IMG/VR virus record: IMGVR_UViG_3300028048_000060
Location: 32,001-96,000 of that record
Source: a virus
Taxonomy: Duplodnaviria; Caudoviricetes
DNA: 64,000 bases
Strand: one strand, 5' to 3'
In this document: in pieces, positions 1-9,356 of the stretch
Layout of the letters: every line of letters starts with the position of its first letter
Numbering within the stretch: position 1 is the stretch's first letter
Program-made: the position numbers and the translations under genes
The notes under the pieces: generated by a model
Told to the model about the DNA's origin: nothing
Seen by the model: the letters and a program-made list of their open reading frames with translations, nothing else
Database searches by the model: none

Positions 1-108
1 CAGAATGCATTAAAAAATTCAAAACAACCAAACGTTCTCAGTCCTAAACTGCATAACTGACCAGTTCCACTTAAATACATAAATAGACTTAAAAGAAAGG
101 ATTTATTT

Positions 109-465
109 ATGTCATTTTCATCTAATAAATTATACGAAGACTTTGAGACGCCATCTAAGACTGTCTTCGATATAGAAGCGATAAGGAACTCAATTAAGAA
201 CATTTTACTAACTCCTGTTGGGACAATGCCCGGAAAGCCAACATTTGGTTCAAGACTGTTGGAAGTTCCATTTAGCCAAAATGACTTAGCTACAAGAGTC
301 TTGGTGTCTAGAATTATTTGGGAAGCCTTAGCAGAAAATGAACCAAGAGTAACAGTGTCAAATGTGAGTTTTACACAGAAAGGAAATACTTTTGTTGCTA
401 AGATAATTTTTAAGTTTAAAGACTCTTCCCTTTCAGGGTCTGTTTCTGTTGATTTAAACTCTTAG
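109..465 (+). CDS. Baseplate wedge subunit, T4 gp25-like
   Basis: AIRNSIKNILLTPVG..PGKPTFGS and EPRV motifs of the GPW/gp25 family; precedes gp6-like gene. Confidence 0.9.
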   Translation: MSFSSNKLYEDFETPSKTVFDIEAIRNSIKNILLTPVGTMPGKPTFGSRLLEVPFSQNDLATRVLVSRIIWEALAENEPRVTVSNVSFTQKGNTFVAKIIFKFKDSSLSGSVSVDLNS

Positions 466-483
466 TTTAAGAAAGGATTACAA

Positions 484-3400
484 ATGCAAACAATTCCATT
501 TAACTTTGATGACCTTTATTCCAATGCTAAAGAACTTTTAAAGCAAACAGGGTTTGATGTAAATGAAGGGTCTAATACATCTCAGTTGTGTGCTATCATG
601 GCATACATAGCATCCTGTTTGAATTCTAATACATCTTTTAATATAAACGAGACTTTATTGCCTTTTGCTACTAAGAGAAAGAATATTTTACAAGATGCAA
701 GGGTCTTAGGATACGAACCAGTCCATAAACTGAGTTACATCTACACAGCAGAAATTACTCTTAGTGATAAGTTCATTGGCTTTGGAACTTTAACCATTCC
801 TAAACTGAGCTATATCACAGCTAATGGATTAAAATACTACCTTTGGGATTACACTAAGGATGTAGTAGTCAACCTTGGAAGCATAGTAGTTGATGATAAT
901 ACTTTAAATCCTGATTTAATTTCAACAAAACAGAATGAACTCAAAGTCTTAGACTTTAATGATATAGACTCTTATAGTACATTTTATTATTTCTCAAACA
1001 ATGTTCCTGTTCTTCAGATTCCTAAGGCTAAGTTGAAGAGTGCATGGAATTTAGCTAAAAATTCCTTTGAAAAGACCTTTTCTCTTAGAGTTACTGAAGG
1101 AAATGTATTTAAGTATTATAGCGATGAAAATGAAAATGCTCTTAAAAGAACACTAAGAACAGTTCAGGAAGGAGAGAACACTGTTGTTTATCAGTACATC
1201 GATATCCCTTATACTGATATCGAAGATAATGGTATCCAGTGCTTTGTAGATTATTATGATGAAGAAGGAAATCTGAATAATGATGTTCCTTTTACAAGAA
1301 CAGAAGACTACTTCTTTGAAGATGATGGGAACAGTGTCCTTAGTAATCATTTTCTAAGATTAGATGATATTGAAATGAATACTCCAAGAGTATACTTCCA
1401 GTATGCAGGAATGGGAAAAGGATTACCTTCTGATTCTGTTGTGAAGTTTAATGTCTTAGAGTCTTCAGGTTCTAATGGAAGTGCAAATGGAGCAAAAGGA
1501 ACTTTAACTGGGCCTGAGGGAGAAGTCTTAGGAGACACCAGGAACTGGAGAAGTGATGTCTTAGCAGAGTCTTCTATAACTATGTCCTTAGAAAGAACAG
1601 GAAGAGACTCAGAATCTAATGAAAGTATAAAAGCATCTGCATCTAGAACATTTAATAGTGCTAGAAGACTTATTACTAACTTAGACTTTCAAAGTGCTTG
1701 TAATAGACATCCAGGAGTCGAAGAAAGTTCTGTTTGGGGAGGAGAAGACGAGTTTCCGAGAGCCCCAGGCCATGTTTGGTTCAGTTTACTTAAACCAAAT
1801 GACTCAGGTTTCTTAGAGTCAAACTCAGGAGACTGTTATATCAGAGAGAACACTGAACTTCCAGTTAGTGAAGTAGATTTCTTTAATGATTATGAAACAA
1901 GAAAAGAATATTACTCTAAGAATTATCTTACAAGCGATTTTGTGAATAATGATGTTTTAAAGAGTCTTAAAAATAAATTTGTCCCTGGAATTACATTCCA
2001 TCACAGACAACCTTTATTTTTAGATTTCTATTATAAGATTAAACTCTTAAAGTATGACATGAGACAGGACGAAAAGTCTTTTCATTCTTTGATGTTTAAA
2101 GTCTTAGATAACTGTTTTAGAGGAAATGACTTAACTTTAGAGAAGTTCAATACAGAATACTTTAATTCTAATATCATAAAGAGACTGGATTATGCTATCT
2201 CAGATAAGTGTGGTTTTGAGAGTTCATTGGAAACTAAGTTAGTCTTAAATGAAAGGACCTTAGTAACTGAGAACTGGGACAGAAGATACAAGGATATCTA
2301 TGTTCCTTTGTGTGTTCCATTTGAGACCTATTTTGATAGTTTTGGATTCTTAGACTATACAAGACTCCCTAACATCGACACAGAGAACTTTGTTAAGTTT
2401 AGTTTTGAGACTGTTGTCAAGAATAAGACTAAGACTTTTGACTTATTGAAGGGGGACTTATTCACAGACTGGTCTTATATTCAGGAAGACCAGGACATTA
2501 GACGAGAAGTGATGAAGAGGTCTACTACATCTGTAAGTTACTCAGATTCTAATACAAGAATGTTCATGGCTCCAGTTAAAGTAAGAATGAAGTACACCTA
2601 TAAGATTAATTCCAGTGTTGACAAGTTAAAGTTAGGATTTATGTTAAGTCCTGACAATACTAAAGACCAAAGTTTTAATAACATTCAAGTCTTAGTCTTT
2701 AAGAACAAAAGAACAGTTAATGGAGTAACTAAGAAGTTTGATGGATACAGTAATAACTTAACTGCTAATTATGACTTACTGAAGAACATTTATGCTAATT
2801 CTAAGATTAAAAACTTAGATTCTTATATAAGAACATCAGATTCTGAGTTTATTTCTGTTATTGAACCAATTGTAAGTTCTTTTAATCAACAGATAGACAA
2901 CAACGAAGAACCATTCTCAGACAATTTCTTCTATGAACAGGATTCTAGAAATATTCTAAGACTGAGAACTGACTTAGTTGAATTTAATGAAGGAGATATT
3001 GTAGAAGTTAGATTTGAACGAACCTGTGGTTATTACTATCTGTTTAATGGAAACGAAAAGAAAATCTTAGTCCATCTGTTTGTTAATGGAGATTATGAAG
3101 GATTTAAGGTCTCAGGTTCAGGAATGACCTACAATGACGAGTATGATATTCTTCCTAAGGAAGTCTATGAAGCATGGAAAACTCATGAAGCAGACATCCA
3201 GGATGACACTATGTTCAATGATATCACTTTCAGTGACCCAAGGTCTTACTTAGTTACTGGTGACAGAAAATACATGGTGACTATAGAGCCAACTGGGACT
3301 GAGATGGAAACAGAACCGCATTATATGGCTTATAATGCAGATGGAACTATAACTGAAGTTTCAAGACTTATCAGAGAACTTTTGAAACAGGGCCAGACAT

Positions 3401-3744
3401 TTGACCAAATTTTTGAGGAACATCCTGAATACTTACAAGAATTAGAAGAATTAGAAACCCAGATTCCTGAAGGAAGAGATGATGAGTCTAATGAAAAGGT
3501 TTCATTCGGTCATTACTTAACAACAGAAGGTTACTTAGCTGATGATGACGAAGACATTTACAGTGGTCCAAAGGTAAGAGAATATAATGAAGCAATGTAT
3601 CTCTACAGTCCTTTAACAACTGATATGTTCAAAAGAAATGTTCTTCTTAATATAAAATACAATAGTTTAAACTTTAAACTTAGACAGAATGTCATTCCAA
3701 GACTTAGAAAGGTTGAGTTTATAAATGGAACTTCTGAATACTAA
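484..3744 (+). CDS. Baseplate wedge subunit, T4 gp6-like (long form)
   Basis: FD....EGSN, NET.L..A..R.NI...A..LGY and ES.ESIK...R.IT..D...WGGE motifs. Confidence 0.85.
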   Translation: MQTIPFNFDDLYSNAKELLKQTGFDVNEGSNTSQLCAIMAYIASCLNSNTSFNINETLLPFATKRKNILQDARVLGYEPVHKLSYIYTAEITLSDKFIGFGTLTIPKLSYITANGLKYYLWDYTKDVVVNLGSIVVDDNTLNPDLISTKQNELKVLDFNDIDSYSTFYYFSNNVPVLQIPKAKLKSAWNLAKNSFEKTFSLRVTEGNVFKYYSDENENALKRTLRTVQEGENTVVYQYIDIPYTDIEDNGIQCFVDYYDEEGNLNNDVPFTRTEDYFFEDDGNSVLSNHFLRLDDIEMNTPRVYFQYAGMGKGLPSDSVVKFNVLESSGSNGSANGAKGTLTGPEGEVLGDTRNWRSDVLAESSITMSLERTGRDSESNESIKASASRTFNSARRLITNLDFQSACNRHPGVEESSVWGGEDEFPRAPGHVWFSLLKPNDSGFLESNSGDCYIRENTELPVSEVDFFNDYETRKEYYSKNYLTSDFVNNDVLKSLKNKFVPGITFHHRQPLFLDFYYKIKLLKYDMRQDEKSFHSLMFKVLDNCFRGNDLTLEKFNTEYFNSNIIKRLDYAISDKCGFESSLETKLVLNERTLVTENWDRRYKDIYVPLCVPFETYFDSFGFLDYTRLPNIDTENFVKFSFETVVKNKTKTFDLLKGDLFTDWSYIQEDQDIRREVMKRSTTSVSYSDSNTRMFMAPVKVRMKYTYKINSSVDKLKLGFMLSPDNTKDQSFNNIQVLVFKNKRTVNGVTKKFDGYSNNLTANYDLLKNIYANSKIKNLDSYIRTSDSEFISVIEPIVSSFNQQIDNNEEPFSDNFFYEQDSRNILRLRTDLVEFNEGDIVEVRFERTCGYYYLFNGNEKKILVHLFVNGDYEGFKVSGSGMTYNDEYDILPKEVYEAWKTHEADIQDDTMFNDITFSDPRSYLVTGDRKYMVTIEPTGTEMETEPHYMAYNADGTITEVSRLIRELLKQGQTFDQIFEEHPEYLQELEELETQIPEGRDDESNEKVSFGHYLTTEGYLADDDEDIYSGPKVREYNEAMYLYSPLTTDMFKRNVLLNIKYNSLNFKLRQNVIPRLRKVEFINGTSEY

Positions 3745-3755
3745 GGAAATTAAAA

Positions 3756-6119
3756 ATGCTAGATGAAATTATCCAGTCTATTATTCCTGATAACATTAAG
3801 AGGATCCCTGTTGTTGAAACAGTGTCCAAAGCATTCTCAGAGATGTTGTCTAAAAACTCTCAGATAGCTATCAGGATAAGACAACTGTTTGACATAGACT
3901 CAAAGGGATATTTTAGGAGAGACTCTAATGGAAACTTAGAGTTTGTTCCTGACAAAAAGGACAGTCTAAAAGACATAGACTATTACTTAGAAGTTTTGTC
4001 TCCAGGAAAAATTGAAAAATTACTTAGTTATATTAAAGAACAATATAATTTAAGTATTAACAAAGAAGACTTAAAAGACTTCTCAGTTCAGTATCCTGAG
4101 ATAATCGCTAAGTGTGAAGAACTGTTATCAGATTACATCACTAAGTGTAAGAATAACTTAAAGACTGGGTTGTTCCAAACATATCTTAGTGTGATGTATT
4201 CTTTAATAGATGACCTGTGTAAAAACAAAGAAATAGTTAACTTAGTCTATAAAAGAAACTTCTCAGACAAGTCTTTGTTAGTTAAAAATTCTGAGGAGTT
4301 CCTTGACTCTGAGTACCTAGGAGCATTTAGATTCTTTCAGGAAAGTTCTGGAACTGAACAAGCAATAAGATACATCTATCAGTTTTCAAGATATTTAGAA
4401 ACAGGAAAGTTAGACTCTAACTTAGAACTGGAACTAGGAGCACCATTCTTTATTGGGTACAGAGGTGAACTCCACAGAAGCATATTCAATGAGTTCAACA
4501 AACCAATGGCACACCCTTGTGGTTGGTGTTATTTCTATGACACAATAATGAACTTAGTCTTAGAAGACTACTATGGAATTAAGTTTACCTATGACATAGA
4601 CTATGTTTGTATTAGTTCAGGTCCTAAGAAAATCTATTTTGGAAAACTTCCTGAAGGTATAAGTGCTAAAAATATTAAAGAAAATAAGATGTCTTTGATA
4701 TACAGTACCTTAGCTAACTATGATATTGTCCATGTTATTTCTAACAACGGGGACTTAGTTATCCAGGATGTTGAGTTCTCAGAAGATACTTTAATCAATT
4801 TTGGAGATAACAGTCTTTTAGTTTGTAATTCAGGAGTGTTTGGAAGTTCTCAGACTATAGCATTTGGCCCAAGTAGGTTTATCTATTCTAAGGAAAAGTT
4901 TGACGAAGCCAAAGAGTCAGGAAGAACCTGTTCTTACATTGTCTTTGATAACAGTTTTGTCCTTAATCCAATAAAGATTAATAAGACAGACTATATCTTT
5001 CTGTACAAAGATGAAATGATAATGGATGACAGTATAGAAATTTCTAAGTCTAATGCTTATTACTATAAAGACTTCTTTGATAACTCATTTAAATTAAAGG
5101 GTTCTGAGTATCCATACTTCTCAGGTGTAGATGAAAGCAGACATAAGGTAGTTTCAGACTCAAACATCTTAGATGCCTTTACTTTGACTGTAGATTACTG
5201 TTCTGCCAATTTGACTTATCTAAGACTCAGAGATGATTTTGGAAACTCTAAAGCACTAGTAAGGGAAACAGGAAATCAGTTTAAAGTCAATACTCATGGG
5301 TTTAAGGGTGAAAATCTTATCTTTGAAGCATTTGATGGAAAAGCATACAACAATGATTTCTATATAAAGACTAATTATTTAAACCAAAGAGACTTGAGTG
5401 TGAAGGTCTCCCAGTTTAGTTTGTTAGATAAAAAGATTAAGTTCAAAGCACAGACAACAAACAGAAGAATGGTTATAACTGCTAATATAGATGGAACTTC
5501 TGTTTCTAGAACTTACAACAGTTCTGTTGACTTTGAAATTGACACATCTTCTTATCCATTTTGGTGTAATTATAAGATTACTATAAACGATTATAATGAT
5601 GTTATAACAATTGAAGGAAATGGTATAAACAACGTAAATCAGGGATTTGTGTTTGGCCTCCCTCATTATCCTGAAGAGGAAGTTGTCTATCCAGTATTTC
5701 AGAACTGTACTCCTGACACTATGTCAGGTTCTCAAGCATCAGGAAAGACTATAAAACAACTAAACAACAGTCTTCCAGGAATGACCTTAACTAATGAAGA
5801 CCCTGAAATAAGCAATATCTATGGGACATTTAATGTATCTGAACTAAGACACACAAACTATGACAATGAGTGTCTTATTAACAAAGGATTTAAAAAGTTA
5901 GAATCTGAGACCTCAGATAATGTCATAATGGACTCTTCAAAGTATGTTGAAGACTGTTTCCTTATTGAAAGTTCAGGATATTCTTTATGGTTAGAATTTG
6001 ACAAAGATGAAGAAGATGGTTCTTTAGGAAAATATCTAGTTTGTAGATATCAAAGGGACGATCAAACTTCAGTTGTTAGAAGTTTCCTTAGAGGAAACAT
6101 CCTGATGTTTAGAGATTAA
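3756..6119 (+). CDS. Putative baseplate wedge protein (gp7-like position)
   Basis: 787 aa after gp6; SGT..AI.YIY and HPCGW resemble the KGT and HP.G motifs of gp7-type proteins. Confidence 0.55.
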   Translation: MLDEIIQSIIPDNIKRIPVVETVSKAFSEMLSKNSQIAIRIRQLFDIDSKGYFRRDSNGNLEFVPDKKDSLKDIDYYLEVLSPGKIEKLLSYIKEQYNLSINKEDLKDFSVQYPEIIAKCEELLSDYITKCKNNLKTGLFQTYLSVMYSLIDDLCKNKEIVNLVYKRNFSDKSLLVKNSEEFLDSEYLGAFRFFQESSGTEQAIRYIYQFSRYLETGKLDSNLELELGAPFFIGYRGELHRSIFNEFNKPMAHPCGWCYFYDTIMNLVLEDYYGIKFTYDIDYVCISSGPKKIYFGKLPEGISAKNIKENKMSLIYSTLANYDIVHVISNNGDLVIQDVEFSEDTLINFGDNSLLVCNSGVFGSSQTIAFGPSRFIYSKEKFDEAKESGRTCSYIVFDNSFVLNPIKINKTDYIFLYKDEMIMDDSIEISKSNAYYYKDFFDNSFKLKGSEYPYFSGVDESRHKVVSDSNILDAFTLTVDYCSANLTYLRLRDDFGNSKALVRETGNQFKVNTHGFKGENLIFEAFDGKAYNNDFYIKTNYLNQRDLSVKVSQFSLLDKKIKFKAQTTNRRMVITANIDGTSVSRTYNSSVDFEIDTSSYPFWCNYKITINDYNDVITIEGNGINNVNQGFVFGLPHYPEEEVVYPVFQNCTPDTMSGSQASGKTIKQLNNSLPGMTLTNEDPEISNIYGTFNVSELRHTNYDNECLINKGFKKLESETSDNVIMDSSKYVEDCFLIESSGYSLWLEFDKDEEDGSLGKYLVCRYQRDDQTSVVRSFLRGNILMFRD

Positions 6120-6130
6120 TAAATATCCAA

Positions 6131-6138
6131 TATAAATA
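6131..6138 (+). promoter_or_regulatory. T4-type late promoter TATAAATA
   Basis: Exact consensus upstream of tail tube gene. Confidence 0.75.
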
Positions 6139-6163
6139 AGTTAAAACATTTAAAGGTTATTAT

Positions 6164-6763
6164 ATGACAAACAGAATAACAAAATTAAAAAATGCTCTAG
6201 GAATTGGAGCAAGAAGTAACAGGTTCAGAGTTTACATCACCTTCCCACAGGGATTAGACCTTAGTTCAACAGGATTAAGTGAAACCTGTGATATTCTGTG
6301 TTCTAAGTGTGATGGCTTCCCTGAATTTGGTGCAGATGCTACGGAAGTCCATACCCAAGGAAGAAAATTGTTTATCCCTAAACAGGGTGACAATGGAGGA
6401 GACTGGACGGCTACATTCTATAACTCTGAGACTCACGACCTAAAGAGAGCATTTATTGCTTGGGCAAAGGCAGTTGACCATCCTATTTCAAACACTACAA
6501 CAGGAAGTCCTTCAGATGTTTCTGTTACTCTTAAAGTTGCTCAGTTAGACTCAGCAGAGAACGAGACTGTTGTTGGATGTTTCTATGAAGCATTTGTTAC
6601 TAAGGTAGCAGGACAGGACTTTGATGGCGGAAGTGCTCAGGATGTAGAAGAGTTCACTGTGACATGGAAGTATAGTTGGTTCAACTATGGTGAAGACTCA
6701 GAAAACATGAGACCTGAACAGTATACTCCTGCTACTAAGAATAAGACTGCTTATAACAACTAA
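6164..6763 (+). CDS. Tail tube protein, gp19-like
   Basis: GARSNRFRV, GRK...., WTATFY, VAQLD, VEEFTVTW.Y motifs. Confidence 0.8.
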   Translation: MTNRITKLKNALGIGARSNRFRVYITFPQGLDLSSTGLSETCDILCSKCDGFPEFGADATEVHTQGRKLFIPKQGDNGGDWTATFYNSETHDLKRAFIAWAKAVDHPISNTTTGSPSDVSVTLKVAQLDSAENETVVGCFYEAFVTKVAGQDFDGGSAQDVEEFTVTWKYSWFNYGEDSENMRPEQYTPATKNKTAYNN

Positions 6764-6774
6764 AGGACATAATA

Positions 6775-7314
6775 ATGGGGATTTTAGACTCTGTTAAGAA
6801 GATTGTAAAGAAAATAAATCCCTTTAGTAAAAAAGATGGAAAGGAAGTAATCAAAAGGCTTCTTGAAACTAAAATTGATATAAATAAAGAAATAAAAAAG
6901 AAGAATATCGATGATGGAACAATCCTTTTCTTTGAGTATGAAGCAAAGGACCAAACAATGATATTCGACCAGAAGCCTTTGATTATTGTTTTCGGAATAT
7001 CAAATGGATATGTCTTAGGACTCAATTTCCACTGGATTCCAATGAAAGCAAGAAAGACTTTAATTGAATATATTATTAAAATAAATATAAAAAACAATTC
7101 CATTAAAGTCCCTTTGGAATTTAAATATAAGGATTTTAAGAAAATGCTTAAAATTCCTGATTTTAGATTAGCAACAAGGATTTATATCAGAAACAGGATG
7201 TCTAAGAATGGAGTTATCATAGACCCCAAATATCTCCTAGACATAGCACAACTTAGTATTGAGCACTTTTCTGATAAAATTGACATTGATAGAATTGTTA
7301 AGGATTTGAAATGA
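6775..7314 (+). CDS. DNA end protector, gp2-like
   Basis: FF.Y.AK...FD..PL and GLNFHWIP motifs. Confidence 0.8.
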   Translation: MGILDSVKKIVKKINPFSKKDGKEVIKRLLETKIDINKEIKKKNIDDGTILFFEYEAKDQTMIFDQKPLIIVFGISNGYVLGLNFHWIPMKARKTLIEYIIKINIKNNSIKVPLEFKYKDFKKMLKIPDFRLATRIYIRNRMSKNGVIIDPKYLLDIAQLSIEHFSDKIDIDRIVKDLK

Positions 7315-8462
7315 ATACCAAACAGTTAAAAAGTGTGTTGACCAATCCTGATATTTTTGCCAAAGCTCTTAATGAAGACTTGGAAAACGCACTTAAAAAT
7401 TCAAATATCATCAAAGGAGAAATAATGATGGCAAAACGCTATGGTAGAGTTAACACTCTTTCAAAGTATATTAAGAACTTAATCAACGAAGCAGAAGAAG
7501 TTGAAGTAACCGATAACGAAATCGAAGGTTCAACTGATGATGTAACTGAGTCTTTCCGTAAGGTTCGTAGAGCACTTAAGGAAGCAGAAGATGCATTAGA
7601 AGTAGCAGAAGAAGAAGGTCAGGATGTTTCTGATATTCAGGATGCTATTGACGATGCTCAGGATGCAGTTGCTGAAGGTGATGAAGAAGAAGTAGTAGAA
7701 TCTTTAAAGAAAATCTATAAGAAGTTAAAGGAAGCAGAAGAAGTCCTTGACAATACTGATGTAGATGAAGACGAAGAAGAAATCGTTGAATCTTTAAAGA
7801 AGGTTTCACGCAAGCTTTCTAAGGCTAAGAGAATTGTTGAAGAAACTGAAATCACTGACCCTGAAGATGGTGGTTCTGAAGGTGTTCAGGGTATTGTTGA
7901 ATCTCGTTATCGTAGACTTAGAGGTCGAAAGAACAGACTTTCAGAATCTCGTCGTTTAGCAAGACGTTCTCGTATGGTTGAATCTGAACCAGGAATCCCT
8001 GACGAAGCAGATGAAATCGAAGGAAGTACTGATGATGTAACTGAATCCTTTAAGAGAATTAAACGTGCTCTTAAAGAAGCAGAAGATGAAATCGCTGATG
8101 TAGATGTTCAGGAAGATGATGCTGAAGAAATTCAGGAGTCATTCAAGAAAGCATTGAGAAAGACTTCCAAGGCTCTGAGACTCATGGAAGAAACTGAAGA
8201 TGCAGAAGATATCCAGGATGAAGTTTCTGAATCTTTAAAGCGTGCTAAGAAGTTAGTCGAAGATGCGGAAAACCAGGATGTAGATGAAGACGATGCAGAA
8301 GAAATCCAGGAAGCATGTCGTAAGTTTGCTCGTAACATCAAACGCGCTCGTAAACTTGTAGAAGATGCTGAAAATACTGACACTTGTGACGAAGAAGATG
8401 AAGATGATGGAACTGAAGAAGTTTCTGAAAACTTCAAGAGACGCATTCGTAGAAGTATCTAA
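7311..8462 (+). CDS. Acidic, repetitive prohead core protein
   Basis: Alternating acidic and basic blocks separated by many (L/I/V)-x-E-(S/A) sites; upstream of protease; alternative start with strong RBS at 7425. Confidence 0.6.
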   Translation: MNTKQLKSVLTNPDIFAKALNEDLENALKNSNIIKGEIMMAKRYGRVNTLSKYIKNLINEAEEVEVTDNEIEGSTDDVTESFRKVRRALKEAEDALEVAEEEGQDVSDIQDAIDDAQDAVAEGDEEEVVESLKKIYKKLKEAEEVLDNTDVDEDEEEIVESLKKVSRKLSKAKRIVEETEITDPEDGGSEGVQGIVESRYRRLRGRKNRLSESRRLARRSRMVESEPGIPDEADEIEGSTDDVTESFKRIKRALKEAEDEIADVDVQEDDAEEIQESFKKALRKTSKALRLMEETEDAEDIQDEVSESLKRAKKLVEDAENQDVDEDDAEEIQEACRKFARNIKRARKLVEDAENTDTCDEEDEDDGTEEVSENFKRRIRRSI

Positions 8463-8472
8463 GTAATCTTAG

Positions 8473-8505
8473 AAGAAAGACTGGGATTCGTTCCAGTCTT
8501 TTCTT
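8473..8505 (+). terminator. Intrinsic terminator
   Basis: aagactgg...ccagtctt stem followed by T-rich tail. Confidence 0.6.
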
Positions 8506-8521
8506 AAATATTAATTTCATT

Positions 8522-8635
8522 ATAGGTGAGGAACTCACCGAATTTAAGCATGTGGAGATTGAATTTCAATCTATGAAGCATGAAGCTATCACCCTTTAGG
8601 GTGATAGCAGTTCACATAAATACCTTAGAGATTAT
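8522..8635 (+). ncRNA. Orphan IS200/IS605/IS607-type right end / TnpB omega-RNA-like scaffold with putative guide
   Basis: Three hairpins (8525-8539, 8549-8582, 8585-8608), GAACT/AGTTC pseudoknot complementarity, terminal AGTTCAC; no tnpB in window. Confidence 0.65.
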
Positions 8636-8651
8636 ATAAGGAAACATTTAA

Positions 8652-9347
8652 ATGAGCGGAGCTAATTTAATATTTGAAATTGATGGTCAGAACTTAGACA
8701 TTGAGAGTGCTGAAATTCTCAATGAAGCAACTGGTCAGAAAGAAAAAACTTATAAACTCAAGGGTATCTTTTCTACAATCGGAGAGAAAAACCGAAACGG
8801 TCGAGTATATCCAAGAGAACTTTGGGAACGAGAAGTAAAAGCATATCAGACTGAAATTGAATCAGGCTCTATTAACACTTTGATGGAATTTGAACATCCT
8901 CCAAGAACTGAAGTTGATATGATGCAAGCAGTTGCTAAGATTAACAGACTCTATATCAAGGGAAACTTTGTGATGGGCGAGGCGGTTATTCTTAATAATG
9001 AAAAATCAAAACAACTAAAGTGCTTAATAGATAATGGAGTAAAGATCTCTGTTTCATCTCGAGGTGTTGGAACTGTTGAAAATGGCGTCGTAACAGACTT
9101 TAAGTTGATTACTTATGACATTGTTCCTAATCCAAGTGATTTTAATGCTACGATGAATGGTATCTGTGAGTCCCATGAAAATGGAATCCATGAGATGTAC
9201 CAGTTAAATGAAGGCATTCTCCAGGGTAAGACTTTTGGAATTGACAAAGCAGGAAACATTATTCCTCAGTTAACAGAGTCAGTTTCCAAGGAAGAATTAA
9301 AAGCAAGTCTTAAAAAAGCATTATGTTCTTTAATAAGTGAGATGTAA
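8652..9347 (+). CDS. Prohead core protease, gp21-like
   Basis: NRNGRVYP, EFEHP, VSSRGVG, YDIV..PS motifs. Confidence 0.95.
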   Translation: MSGANLIFEIDGQNLDIESAEILNEATGQKEKTYKLKGIFSTIGEKNRNGRVYPRELWEREVKAYQTEIESGSINTLMEFEHPPRTEVDMMQAVAKINRLYIKGNFVMGEAVILNNEKSKQLKCLIDNGVKISVSSRGVGTVENGVVTDFKLITYDIVPNPSDFNATMNGICESHENGIHEMYQLNEGILQGKTFGIDKAGNIIPQLTESVSKEELKASLKKALCSLISEM

Positions 9348-9356
9348 GGATTAAAA

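Noticed and set aside
8132-8446. Ser-rich minus-strand ORF and similar antisense ORFs (e.g. 6735, 17667, 49585, 60435, 62372)
   Set aside because: Fully overlap well-supported genes on the opposite strand; no RBS or motifs
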